A stretch of DNA of 64,000 nt from a virus (IMGVR_UViG_3300023116_000009:96001-160000), one strand, 5' to 3'; shown: positions 16,441 through 26,004, numbered from the stretch's first letter. The notes: a model not told the origin generated them from the letters alone. Translations and numbers: made by a program.

Positions 16441-18585
16441 TCAAGCGACCATAGTCGCAAAAGAAGAAAGGATCTTCTTGTTTGCTGCCTTGGACTTTAG
16501 TGACTTCTTAAATGCTGCACGAATCTGTGCCTTAGTAGCATCTTCAGCAACAGTGAAGTCACTTGATTGATTCAAACTAGATGAAGCAATGGCATACATG
16601 ACATCATAACCACTAGTATTTAATATAGCAGATTTCTCTTTAGACCATTGCTTTTTGTTGATATCAGTATAAACACCCGTGTAGTAATTAAAAACATTCG
16701 ACACATCTTTACCTTCAACTACACGATAAGAAATAAAGTTGATGTTGGGGAACTTGTCTTTAAGATTCCTCATGAGAATATTCGTGGTTCCATTGTACCA
16801 ATTGTAATTGTTGAATTGTGGGTAGGTCGCACCAATTTCAGTATCACGAAGTTGACAATGAGTTCCAATAGAAATCTTTCCATAGCGACCAAGAACCTCG
16901 CTGTACTTGTTCTTCAATTCAACAACCCTACCGATAGTGTTAGATTCACCATCGGTAAGAAATACCGTGTTGACCTTATCGACACCAGTTTCCTTAATGA
17001 ACTTAGGAAGGAGGTGATGGAGAGTAACGATGCTTTCGTTAAGAGGAGTTCCAGAAAGAGAGAACCCAGGAGGAATCATTGCACTACCCCAATGGTTACG
17101 AACATTGTAAGCAAGACGCCAGATGTTACGGCAATCCTTTTCAAAGTCAGAACTAGACCTTTTGTGAGAAAGAAGATTCAACAAACGGAATGATTTGTTC
17201 AAATACATTTCATTCTCAGCAAGTTCTTGAACCTCACAAAGATGATTGTCCTCATCAAAATCAGAATCTTGAGGAGGGAACTCGTAGGTAAATGCATAAA
17301 CCTCAAAAGGAATGTTTACCTTTCGGCAGAACCAAATAAGGTTAAGAAGTTGCTTAACCGTATCCAACATCACGTTAGACATAGAACCAGACCAGTCAAG
17401 AATAAAAACAAGACCATGGTTCTTACCTTCAGGAAGGACAGTAATCTTTTTAAAGATGTCTTCACTGAACTTGTAGTTATGAAGTTTGGTCGTATCAAGA
17501 GATCCAGTTTTAGATACTGCAGCACGAGAATATGCTGCAGCAGATTTCTTCATCTCAAACTCCTTAACGAGATAGTTCACACCCTTAGCAGCATCCTTTT
17601 TGTAAGAAACATATTCTGCATCAGTGTGCTTGAGGTGTTCAGATTCCCAACGAGTGTGATTGAAAACACTCTCGTTTACATAGTACTCAGACATCATATT
17701 TTGAATCCAAGCACAATCAATCACAATGCGATCAAGATCAATCTTTGCAGGAATCTTCAGATAGACAGTTTCGAATGAACTGTGATTGATCAGATCTTGT
17801 TGGTTTTCAGTAAACGCAGAATCAGTAGAAGATTCAAACTCATCAGGAATAAACTCTTCTCCGCCACCATGACCCCCAAAGGACTCTTCATCGCCCTCTG
17901 AGGCGTCTCCAGGAGCGTCTCCAGGGGCACCGTCGCCTTCGTCCGAGGGTTCGATATCTACAGTTTTGTTTTGCTGTTCTTGCCCTTGACCTTGCTGCAG
18001 ATCTTTGCTGTCAAATTTCTCTTTCTTAGCATTGTCTTCTTTCTCTTTCAGGTACAAATAAATGTCTTTGCTGATGTCAAGGACTTCATCAAAAGTTTCT
18101 GATTGACCCACACGATGAACAAAAGGTTTCTCTTCTTCAGAAAACTTGAATACATGATACGCACCAATTTTGTAGTAGAGATTGATGCGGTCAATAAACG
18201 ACATGCTGTTGATATCTTCACCATCAAGAGAGAAGAAATCTTGGTCATGAAGTTCTTGATAACCTTTGTAAAAAGTTTTACCCAGACCTGCATAACGACG
18301 CTTCATTAGTTTCTCAATGCGAGCATCCTCAACAACGTTAACAAAGGAGATGGGGACACAAGCATAGTCATCAACTTTCCAGTTGAGGTTAGGAGTGTAA
18401 AGAGCATGACCAACCTCATGACCAACAAGCAAATCATACACACGGTTGGATGCTTTCTCCCACATAGGCAGAGTCAGCACACGCTTCTCCACATCAAAAG
18501 ATGCAGTAGAAACCTTGCGGTGCTCAACGATCAAGTTCTCGGTAGCAAGCAGGCGGGCGAGAGTGTCTTTGATTTCAAAGTTCAT
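16441..18585 (-). CDS. HExxH metallopeptidase-like plus von Willebrand A (CobT-like) protein
   Basis: GHEVGH; acidic linker; MIDAS DWSGS, TPL, VFLTDGE. Confidence 0.85.
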   Translation of the reverse strand: MNFEIKDTLARLLATENLIVEHRKVSTASFDVEKRVLTLPMWEKASNRVYDLLVGHEVGHALYTPNLNWKVDDYACVPISFVNVVEDARIEKLMKRRYAGLGKTFYKGYQELHDQDFFSLDGEDINSMSFIDRINLYYKIGAYHVFKFSEEEKPFVHRVGQSETFDEVLDISKDIYLYLKEKEDNAKKEKFDSKDLQQGQGQEQQNKTVDIEPSDEGDGAPGDAPGDASEGDEESFGGHGGGEEFIPDEFESSTDSAFTENQQDLINHSSFETVYLKIPAKIDLDRIVIDCAWIQNMMSEYYVNESVFNHTRWESEHLKHTDAEYVSYKKDAAKGVNYLVKEFEMKKSAAAYSRAAVSKTGSLDTTKLHNYKFSEDIFKKITVLPEGKNHGLVFILDWSGSMSNVMLDTVKQLLNLIWFCRKVNIPFEVYAFTYEFPPQDSDFDEDNHLCEVQELAENEMYLNKSFRLLNLLSHKRSSSDFEKDCRNIWRLAYNVRNHWGSAMIPPGFSLSGTPLNESIVTLHHLLPKFIKETGVDKVNTVFLTDGESNTIGRVVELKNKYSEVLGRYGKISIGTHCQLRDTEIGATYPQFNNYNWYNGTTNILMRNLKDKFPNINFISYRVVEGKDVSNVFNYYTGVYTDINKKQWSKEKSAILNTSGYDVMYAIASSSLNQSSDFTVAEDATKAQIRAAFKKSLKSKAANKKILSSFATMVA

Positions 18586-18594
18586 GGGACCGTT

Positions 18595-18762
18595 TCAGTG
18601 ATGAACGTATCCTACAAAAAAAGACCCCCCTTTACGGGAGGTCTTGTGACAGTTCTTCAAGTGCCTGAGGGACTGTTTGCTTGCACGGATTCTTCCTTTG
18701 CAAGTCCCCTTGCCGTTCTTGTCTTTCTTACTGTGGTGTTGCCAGTTCGGTAGTTGTGCCAT
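18595..18762 (-). CDS. Small basic hypothetical protein (55 aa, not in the ORF track)
   Basis: MAQLPNWQHHSKKDKNGKGTCKGRIRASKQSLRHLKNCHK...; starts inside the gp46 3' end. Confidence 0.55.
   Translation of the reverse strand: MAQLPNWQHHSKKDKNGKGTCKGRIRASKQSLRHLKNCHKTSRKGGSFFVGYVHH
18609..18654 (-). promoter_or_regulatory. Candidate early promoter: AACTGTCACA, 30 nt, TAGGAT
   Basis: Parallels 16394-16438; upstream of the VWA gene. Confidence 0.55.
18615..18645 (-). terminator. Intrinsic terminator after the gp47-gp46 operon
   Basis: AAGACCTCCC-GTAAA-GGGGGGTCTT stem plus T-tract. Confidence 0.75.
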
Positions 18763-20479
18763 TGGTCTGGAATGGTTTAGAAAAGTTTTTGACCTTCTTG
18801 AACTGTATCACATTATCAAACTTATCGTGCAGCATGTCCTCTTTGTGTGAGATCACAAACACATTGTTACCATCGGTAACAGTTCTGAGAATGTTAATGA
18901 AATCAGCAGTTCCACTACTATCTAGCGAACTATCAAAAATTTCGTCCAAGATAAGAATGTTGGTATTGACTGAGTTCTTCAGTTTAGCAACCTCTCTCCA
19001 AGTGAATAGAAGTGCCAGGTCAATCCTCATCTTCTCACCTTCAGAGAAAGAAGCATAAGAGAACTCATCTCTAAATCGTGACTTGATTGTTTCGTTGAAC
19101 GTATCATCAAGATTGAAGTTAACATAGAACTCAAGTTCTTGAAGATACTTATTGATCAACGTGTTCATCACAGGAAGATACTTTCTGATGATGCTGGATT
19201 TGACTCCACCATCTTTGAGGATCTCAGCAATAATTTTAAGTTCAGTATTTCTCTTGGCAATCTGACGACGCTGCAATTCTTGTGACTTGCCCTGCTCAAT
19301 CAGAGTTTTGGTCTTCTCAGTTTCATCCACAATAAGAGAATCATTTGAGTTGATTGCTCCAATCTCAGCAAGAGTATCAGCAACACGCTTCTCGTTCCAT
19401 TCTACTTCTTTGAAGCACTCTCTAATTTTAGATTGCACTTCGCTGATAGAATCTAAGATCTCTTTCTTTTCAGAAAGAACCTTATTAACTTCCTTTTGAT
19501 CCCCCTCCAGTTTCTCAAGTGCTTCTTTGAACTTCTCAATCTTACCAGAGGTTTCGGAGATCTTGGATTGTTTAAGATCTTCGCTGATCTCCTGGTTGCA
19601 GGTAGGGCAACTGGCGTTGTTAGTGAAGAACTTCTGTTCCTTGGTTAGTTCTTTGATTTTACCACTAAAGGTAATATCATACTCTCTGAGTTTGTTGACC
19701 TTAGCATCCACATCAGAATACTTCTCAACTTCCTCGTTCAGTAAATCCATACGAGACATGTAGGATTCAACCTCATCTCGCTTAAGTCGAATGTTTTCCT
19801 CAAGAACAGAAATAATATTTTCTTTCTCTTCAACGTTCTGTTGACTTTGATCTTTGAGGTTCTGAATGTACTTACGTTGAACGTCTACCTTCTCTTTGAG
19901 AATTGAAATGGAATAGTCAATATCAGACATCGACTCTTTATTCTCTTTGACCCTATCTTTTAAAATAGTATTCATTGTAGAGAAGATACTGATATCAAGG
20001 ATGTCCTCAATAACTTCTCTACGACCAGCAGCAGGTAACTGCATAAAGGGAACAAACGTAGATGACCCAAGCACCACAATCTGAGTGAATGATTTGTAGT
20101 TAAGTTTCAGTACGTTCTGCTCAAACCACTTCTGCTGATCAGCAGCAGAAGCACTCTGATCCAATTGAACTCCATCTTTAAAGATCTCAAATACCGTTGG
20201 TTTTATACCACGATTAATTTGCCAATTGATCTTACCAATAGAAAATTCAATCTCAACTCTACAGTCAGCAAGATTAATAGAGTTGACTAGTTGTGGTTTA
20301 TTAATCTTTCGAAAAGGTTTATTGAACAAACCAAAGCACAGGGCATCTAAGATCGTCGATTTGCCTGCACCATTTTCACCAACGATTAATGTCTTATTAT
20401 GATCATTGAGATTAATCTCAGTAAAGTTATTTCCTGTGCTCAGGAAATTTTTCCATTTAATAGTTTTAAATTCAATCAT
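18728..20479 (-). CDS. gp46: Recombination endonuclease ATPase subunit gp46 (SbcC/Rad50-like)
   Basis: GENGAGKS, CPTC zinc hook, FSEGEK signature, LILDE. Confidence 0.97.
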   Translation of the reverse strand: MIEFKTIKWKNFLSTGNNFTEINLNDHNKTLIVGENGAGKSTILDALCFGLFNKPFRKINKPQLVNSINLADCRVEIEFSIGKINWQINRGIKPTVFEIFKDGVQLDQSASAADQQKWFEQNVLKLNYKSFTQIVVLGSSTFVPFMQLPAAGRREVIEDILDISIFSTMNTILKDRVKENKESMSDIDYSISILKEKVDVQRKYIQNLKDQSQQNVEEKENIISVLEENIRLKRDEVESYMSRMDLLNEEVEKYSDVDAKVNKLREYDITFSGKIKELTKEQKFFTNNASCPTCNQEISEDLKQSKISETSGKIEKFKEALEKLEGDQKEVNKVLSEKKEILDSISEVQSKIRECFKEVEWNEKRVADTLAEIGAINSNDSLIVDETEKTKTLIEQGKSQELQRRQIAKRNTELKIIAEILKDGGVKSSIIRKYLPVMNTLINKYLQELEFYVNFNLDDTFNETIKSRFRDEFSYASFSEGEKMRIDLALLFTWREVAKLKNSVNTNILILDEIFDSSLDSSGTADFINILRTVTDGNNVFVISHKEDMLHDKFDNVIQFKKVKNFSKPFQTNGTTTELATPQ

Positions 20480-20732
20480 CAGCGGTAGGGGGAATGATAA
20501 TGTCGTCAGGAGTTACAATGCAGTATGAGTAACCATTCTCTTTACAAATACCAATGGCAACGTCATCGTCTACTTCAGTTACAACCATCTCAGGATAATC
20601 GTCTGCTGCTAAAAGACCAGAGTGTCGTTCAGCATCATCTTCATCAATAAAAAGATACAAGATGTTTTGTTGATTAAAACTAGGAGCATACGCTCCTTCA
20701 TCTTCTTTTCCTTTAACGGTGAGTATGTACAT
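20472..20732 (-). CDS. Conserved acidic hypothetical protein
   Basis: Coupled between gp47 and gp46. Confidence 0.7.
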   Translation of the reverse strand: MYILTVKGKEDEGAYAPSFNQQNILYLFIDEDDAERHSGLLAADDYPEMVVTEVDDDVAIGICKENGYSYCIVTPDDIIIPPTADD

Positions 20733-21775
20733 TATTCCAACTGTAGAGATTCTGCATAAATTGAACCAATAATCGATTTCAAAGTATCTTTGTCTTCGTA
20801 GTCAATTTCTTCTATATATTTTTCAAGAAAGGAAAGTGTACCTTCAACCTCAATATCTCCACTAGGATTAATTTCTTCCTGAGTGTTGTCAATAATCTTG
20901 AGATCATGAGTCCCAGATTGATAGAGGCGCTCTACAATATTATCATATGCGTAGTAATTACTACGCTTCTCCACAATGAGTTTTACAAACTTATTTGAAT
21001 ACTCATTAGTATCTACAGAGTCAGGGTCTGTAACCGTATCGTTGTAGTAAATCTTCTCAAACATGTTGAAAGGATTCTTGATAAACTTCAGGTTTGTTGT
21101 CTCTGTATCAAATAAATGAAACCCTCGTACATCTCCAAAATCGTTCCAATACATTTGATAAGGATTTCCTAGGTAATATACATTACCATAATTAGAGCGA
21201 TGGTGGAAGTGACCAGATAATACTTTCTTGAACTTAGAGAACACATCAGCACTCATCCCATGTTCCATAATGTATCCAGGGTGTGCTTCAAATCCTGACA
21301 ACTCAAGATGTCCCATTGCAACTGTTGCTTCGGTATTGGCAATCTCTTCAAATGTCTCCGTCTCATTATCGACACAGATCCAGGGGATGAAGCAGATTGG
21401 TAAATTCCCAATCGTGATTGTTATTGGTTTAGTGATGTGAAAAACATTTTCATATTCACTCAAGAGCATGTTGACTGCGTTTAAGTCAAGAGTGTTCTTG
21501 TAATAAGAAGTGTGGTTTCCCACTACCGTGTATACAGAGATATCTCGTTCAGCAAGTTTGTCATAATAATTTTTCTTTGCCCAATCTAGTGACCAAAAAT
21601 CAATCGACTTACGATTGTCAAAGGTATCACCAAGATCAAGCACAACAGAGATGTTGTTCTTATCTAATGTCGGAAAGAATACTTCATCATAAAACTTCTT
21701 CATGTAGTCATGAAAAATCTGACTACCCTTCCTCATGCCGAAGTGCTGGTCAGTAATAATAGCAACTTTCATCAA
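20732..21775 (-). CDS. gp47: Recombination endonuclease nuclease subunit gp47 (Mre11-like)
   Basis: TDQHFG, LGDTFD, VGNH, GHL, SGHFH phosphoesterase motifs. Confidence 0.97.
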   Translation of the reverse strand: MMKVAIITDQHFGMRKGSQIFHDYMKKFYDEVFFPTLDKNNISVVLDLGDTFDNRKSIDFWSLDWAKKNYYDKLAERDISVYTVVGNHTSYYKNTLDLNAVNMLLSEYENVFHITKPITITIGNLPICFIPWICVDNETETFEEIANTEATVAMGHLELSGFEAHPGYIMEHGMSADVFSKFKKVLSGHFHHRSNYGNVYYLGNPYQMYWNDFGDVRGFHLFDTETTNLKFIKNPFNMFEKIYYNDTVTDPDSVDTNEYSNKFVKLIVEKRSNYYAYDNIVERLYQSGTHDLKIIDNTQEEINPSGDIEVEGTLSFLEKYIEEIDYEDKDTLKSIIGSIYAESLQLE

Positions 21776-22236
21776 TACCTCATTTTCTGTTCAAGAGAAT
21801 TTTTAATCTGTTCGTATGAAGCGTCACACCCGTATTCATCACCAGTGAATACTTCACTGTATCCCGACTTCTCAATCATCTTGTTCTTAATGTCTACCTG
21901 CTTCTTCTCCTTCTGAATCCTCCGAAGGAATGCGTAGTAGATGATTTGAGTAAAGTATGCAAACGGATTCTGTGACTTCTCTGGATTGAAGTTATCAATA
22001 TATGTAATGCAGTTCTCGATCCCGTCACCAATCATGTCATCCTTAAACATGTAGTTGACGAAGTTAGGTTTGTACGATAAGTGCTGGGCGATCTTCAGGA
22101 AGCACCCACCGATGTATTCACCGACAGGTGGTTTTGGATCTCCATTCTTTGCCGCGATCTCCACTTTTTTCTTGTATTGAACGATGGCATGAAGGAAATC
22201 CTTGTTGTTTACATAGTGTTCCTTTTCTTTAGGCAT
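21772..22236 (-). CDS. gp55: Late transcription sigma factor gp55
   Basis: HYVNNKDF, CFLKIAQHLSYKPNFVNY, NPFAYFTQIIYYAFLRRI. Confidence 0.97.
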   Translation of the reverse strand: MPKEKEHYVNNKDFLHAIVQYKKKVEIAAKNGDPKPPVGEYIGGCFLKIAQHLSYKPNFVNYMFKDDMIGDGIENCITYIDNFNPEKSQNPFAYFTQIIYYAFLRRIQKEKKQVDIKNKMIEKSGYSEVFTGDEYGCDASYEQIKNSLEQKMRY

Positions 22237-22263
22237 GTTAACTAGATTGGATTTCTCACCATA

Positions 22264-22292
22264 TCATAACACAATATTGATGGCTTGACAAG
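22264..22292 (-). promoter_or_regulatory. Sigma70-type promoter for gp55 (TTGTCA-17-TATGAT, extended -10)
   Basis: Minus strand CTTGTCAAGCCATCAATATTGTGTTATGAT. Confidence 0.65.
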
Positions 22293-22313
22293 GGTCTGGA
22301 ATCTGTGTATAAT
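22285..22313 (+). promoter_or_regulatory. Perfect sigma70 promoter TTGACA-17-TATAAT, antisense to the uvsW operon
   Basis: TTGACA 22285-22290, TATAAT 22308-22313; no plus-strand gene lies immediately downstream. Confidence 0.7.
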
Positions 22314-22354
22314 AACTCGGTCAGAGTTCAGAAAACAGCTTTAAGTACTTAGAG

Positions 22355-22807
22355 TTATTCTTTATTATCTTTAGAATATGACTCTGAGTTCCACATATTT
22401 TCTAGAAGGTTTATAGCATCATCAAGATCAGAGATAAATCCCATGTCTCTATCTAATGGTACTTGACCTTCTTTCTTTTTTGGTGTGGGCGGTTGTCGTC
22501 TCTTCAGTTCCTTTCTGATCTCATTGTGTTCCAATTTTGCCAAACTGTGGTGGTAGAACTTGATGACTTCTCCTTCAACTTCTTTGAATGTAATGATGTC
22601 ACTACCGTTAATAACGAATTCATTTTGGTGGGCGATTTTCATCCACGATTTAATTTTCATTCCCTGGAACATGCCAGGGATTTCAATCTCTTCAATTCCG
22701 ATTGGATCTTTGATTGAGATGTAATCATCCTCTGGGCATGTTTCTGTAACAATGCAAATTAATTCTTCACCACATTTTAATTTAATACTTGCGTAAAACT
22801 CTTGCAT
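22355..22807 (-). CDS. Conserved hypothetical protein, Sm-like pattern
   Basis: ASIKLKCGEELIC...KDP...KSWM...FVINGSDII. Confidence 0.75.
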   Translation of the reverse strand: MQEFYASIKLKCGEELICIVTETCPEDDYISIKDPIGIEEIEIPGMFQGMKIKSWMKIAHQNEFVINGSDIITFKEVEGEVIKFYHHSLAKLEHNEIRKELKRRQPPTPKKKEGQVPLDRDMGFISDLDDAINLLENMWNSESYSKDNKE

Positions 22808-22808
22808 A

Positions 22809-24275
22809 CTACTTTCTGAATTTAATGTTTACAATTTCGTAGTCGAAATTTTCCTGGTTGTAAATCTTAATTCTTTCAAACAAATGATTTAATGTGTAGT
22901 TCGGTGACTTATCATTATTGCTAATGTCGTCAGCGATGTCATAAAGCACAGCACTGTTTTTATTTTCCCCCTTCCTTAAGACCCTACCAATTGACTGGAG
23001 GTTTCTTACTCTTGATTTTGAAGGTGATGCAAAAATAATGTTGTGTAATTTTTTAATATTAATGCCTGTAGAAAATGTCCCATAACTTGCGATGATGATT
23101 GCGTTGGACTCCTGCTCAGTGATTGCTCGGATCTCTTCTCGGTCCTTTACATCAACACCACCGTGTACAAAGAAAATCTTTCTATCAGGTTTAGCATTAT
23201 TATTTATTAATTCATAAAGTGGTTCGCCATGCTTCTCCACGTAGTTAAAAAGAATCAAAGTATTTCCAGCAAGATCTAATGATAGATTCTTGATAAAATT
23301 ATTTCTCTTTTCATGGGTGACGAGATATTCAATCTCATCTTGATACGTTTCAAATTTTTGATGCTGGTGTTTCAGTACAAGCACCTTGATTTTTAATCTT
23401 GAAAGATGCCCCTGTTTAATTAGGTCATTAGTGTTTGTAATCTTTTCGTAAGGACCGAACAAACCTTCAAGAACTAGTTTGTTTGTCTTACTACCATCTA
23501 GAGTACCTGTAAAACCAATACGATACTTTGCTTCGTAACACTTGGTGAGAATATCTGTCAGGGACTTTGCTTTAAATAAATGTGCTTCGTCACCAATAAC
23601 AGCAGTAAACTCTTCAAAGAATGATTTTTTCTGTTTGTATACAGATTGCCAAGTGGTAATAGTTACTGGTTTAGGAGATACCTTTTCATATCCAGCATAT
23701 ACCTTATGGCAATGCTCTTCTGAATTCCATCCATAATCTTCAAAATCCTTATACATCTGTTCAACAAGAGATGTAGTGGGGACTACAATCATAATTTTTT
23801 GTCCAGTTTCTTGGAGAAACCGAACAATAGAATAGATCATAAATGACTTCCCAGACCCTGTAGGGGATACAATTAATTTACGCTTTTTTCTAAGTGCTTC
23901 GTAAATTGCTTTGTATTGGTAATCCCTTGCTTTTAAAGAAGTAAATCTTTTTACAAAGGATTTGACACCATCAAAAGATACCAGTTCGTCCTCAGCATCG
24001 GGCATTCCATAATACTGATTGTCAGCAAAATCATAAACATAACCCCGCTCCTTACAGAATTGTTCTACGTATTCTCTAAGTCCGCAATATAACTCTCCTG
24101 TACCAGGAGAGAACAATCTAATTTTACCATCCCAGTGGCGCTGCCTGTAGGCAGGCATGAACTTTGCACCTTCTACTTCAAATGTAAAATGGTCTGTTAA
24201 TTCGTAAGCAATGTGTGGGTGCGTTTTGATTTGCAAGTATACTTCATTTTTCTTCTTGATAATGACATCACTCAT
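22809..24275 (-). CDS. uvsW: SF2 helicase UvsW
   Basis: SPTGSGKS, GDEAH, GFTGT, QSIGRVLR. Confidence 0.97.
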   Translation of the reverse strand: MSDVIIKKKNEVYLQIKTHPHIAYELTDHFTFEVEGAKFMPAYRQRHWDGKIRLFSPGTGELYCGLREYVEQFCKERGYVYDFADNQYYGMPDAEDELVSFDGVKSFVKRFTSLKARDYQYKAIYEALRKKRKLIVSPTGSGKSFMIYSIVRFLQETGQKIMIVVPTTSLVEQMYKDFEDYGWNSEEHCHKVYAGYEKVSPKPVTITTWQSVYKQKKSFFEEFTAVIGDEAHLFKAKSLTDILTKCYEAKYRIGFTGTLDGSKTNKLVLEGLFGPYEKITNTNDLIKQGHLSRLKIKVLVLKHQHQKFETYQDEIEYLVTHEKRNNFIKNLSLDLAGNTLILFNYVEKHGEPLYELINNNAKPDRKIFFVHGGVDVKDREEIRAITEQESNAIIIASYGTFSTGINIKKLHNIIFASPSKSRVRNLQSIGRVLRKGENKNSAVLYDIADDISNNDKSPNYTLNHLFERIKIYNQENFDYEIVNIKFRK

Positions 24276-24681
24276 CTAAACCCTTTGCATATTTCATCCA
24301 ATCAATTGCATTCTTAATTTGGAATGAACGATTGTTAATATTATTTATTATCTCTTTTAATGTGTTCTCTAACTTATCATAGTAATCCACTATAGCTAGA
24401 GAGTTAATTACTTCTTGGTCTCCTTTGATGTAAATAGGAACTTCTGTTTTAATGATCCTATCATCAGGAGCAGTTTCTTCTCTTCCCATATAAAAACTGT
24501 ACTTCTGTAAATACAGTTGGTTGTGGGCATATTCTTTTTCTTTTTTTAGTAGTTGAATCTTTAAATATTTTTCCAACCACTTTGCATGAAGTATTGGGAT
24601 CCTACGTGCTTCTTCAAACAGATCATCTCCCATTGCAGCATCTTCACGCCACTCATTAATAAATTTATCATGTAAGTTCAT
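24268..24681 (-). CDS. uvsY: Recombination mediator UvsY
   Basis: RIPILHAKWL...INNINNRSFQIKNAIDW. Confidence 0.88.
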   Translation of the reverse strand: MNLHDKFINEWREDAAMGDDLFEEARRIPILHAKWLEKYLKIQLLKKEKEYAHNQLYLQKYSFYMGREETAPDDRIIKTEVPIYIKGDQEVINSLAIVDYYDKLENTLKEIINNINNRSFQIKNAIDWMKYAKGLDE

Positions 24682-25217
24682 AAAGTCAAATTCTTGTCAG
24701 TGGTATCGGTTAGTTTAAAATAAACATATCTAAAAGTCACTTCTGCAGTTAGATATTGTACATCAGATTGCTCGGTGCTAAACTCTAAAGTACTTAATGA
24801 AATTGGAGCAGCATCTAAAAATTTACATTTAAACGCAGTATTATAATTGCTGGTTAGAATTCTTAGAGTCAGATCAATGGTGTCTGGATCGTCTGTTTTG
24901 AAATCTTTATCTTGCATCTCCTGTTTAAATTCTTTCCACTGCTCTAAGTATTGTGGATAGGTAATTCCAACCATCCAATTATGAATCAATGCATAGTTTG
25001 CACAATATTCATCAACAAGAAATCTAACAGTAAGATTATCATAACTTAATTTGTCGGCACTCAATTGAAAATCATTAAATGGAGTTGCTTGTTGAGGACC
25101 ACCCATACTAATTCCAGGAATATTAGCACTGACGCAATGAAATCCTATACTAGAAAATCCAGGAATATCTAATATAAATCCTGTTGGAGATAAAAAATTG
25201 TCGTTACATTGGGTCAT
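24678..25217 (-). CDS. gp3: Tail completion/tube terminator gp3
   Basis: NFLSPTGF, SANIPGI, LTVRFLVDE, PISLSTLEF, YLTAEVTFRY. Confidence 0.88.
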   Translation of the reverse strand: MTQCNDNFLSPTGFILDIPGFSSIGFHCVSANIPGISMGGPQQATPFNDFQLSADKLSYDNLTVRFLVDEYCANYALIHNWMVGITYPQYLEQWKEFKQEMQDKDFKTDDPDTIDLTLRILTSNYNTAFKCKFLDAAPISLSTLEFSTEQSDVQYLTAEVTFRYVYFKLTDTTDKNLTL

Positions 25218-25972
25218 GGGAGATCTCTAAACCAGGGGTGTGGAACAATGCCATAAAGAAAACAAGAACTTAATCTGTATTCAACGTCTTCTGGTATGTA
25301 GGCAACATGAGGGCGTTTAAATTCATAGATGGTCATTTTCCAAGGATCTGCAGGTGCTTCACCTTCATATGTAAATCCAAATCTACTTAGAGTTGCCTCA
25401 TCTAAATTTGGAAAAGTATTACATGTTGCCTTTCGCATCCTTTCAAATTCTGGATTCAATGGATGAAACGGACGACATGCGAAATCAAAAAATGCATTCC
25501 AATTTCCATTTGGTTCTTTAATGTACTCACCTTCCCAACTATAGAATTTAGTAGAACTGGTTTGAATATTCTCGCTCATCCAAAAATTAGCAACAATACC
25601 TTCTATCATTTCTTGACAATCATTATGTGGGATACCAGCAGTACCTTTACATATTACATTTGATTTTTCATATTTGTTGATCCACCCCATTACACCATCT
25701 TTTTGTTTAGGTCTTTTGGATTCCCCAACAACATGCTTGTAAAAATCTCTTAAAAATACCCACGAAACATATTCCGTCTCTTCCCAAAATTGACTATTGA
25801 TAACTTGAAACGGATTATTACTTGCTCCTTTATTTTCGTTAGTGTAGTTCTTTTGAGATTCTACTTTTTTAACATACTCATCAACACCTGCGGAAAATGG
25901 ATTATGAATCACCCAGTATCCTGGTTCTTTATATTCATACCTAAGTTCATTGGGATGTGTCAGTTCAAGCAT
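25214..25972 (-). CDS. Putative 2OG-Fe(II) oxygenase
   Basis: HxD (PHND), distal His and Arg (RPH...YRLSS); has its own late promoter. Confidence 0.6.
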   Translation of the reverse strand: MLELTHPNELRYEYKEPGYWVIHNPFSAGVDEYVKKVESQKNYTNENKGASNNPFQVINSQFWEETEYVSWVFLRDFYKHVVGESKRPKQKDGVMGWINKYEKSNVICKGTAGIPHNDCQEMIEGIVANFWMSENIQTSSTKFYSWEGEYIKEPNGNWNAFFDFACRPFHPLNPEFERMRKATCNTFPNLDEATLSRFGFTYEGEAPADPWKMTIYEFKRPHVAYIPEDVEYRLSSCFLYGIVPHPWFRDLP

Positions 25973-25991
25973 AGCAAATACCAGTTTTAAT

Positions 25992-25999
25992 TATTTATA
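25992..25999 (-). promoter_or_regulatory. Late promoter TATAAATA
   Basis: Exact consensus directly after the gp23 terminator. Confidence 0.75.
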
Positions 26000-26004
26000 G
26001 ACAT

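Noticed and set aside
16648-17778. Antisense ORFs of 181 and 183 aa over the VWA gene
   Set aside because: Same codon-register shadow effect.
15253-18585. Cobalamin biosynthesis (cobST) interpretation
   Set aside because: No CobN or other cob genes are present, and the partner has a peptidase motif; a MoxR-VWA chaperone pair fits better.
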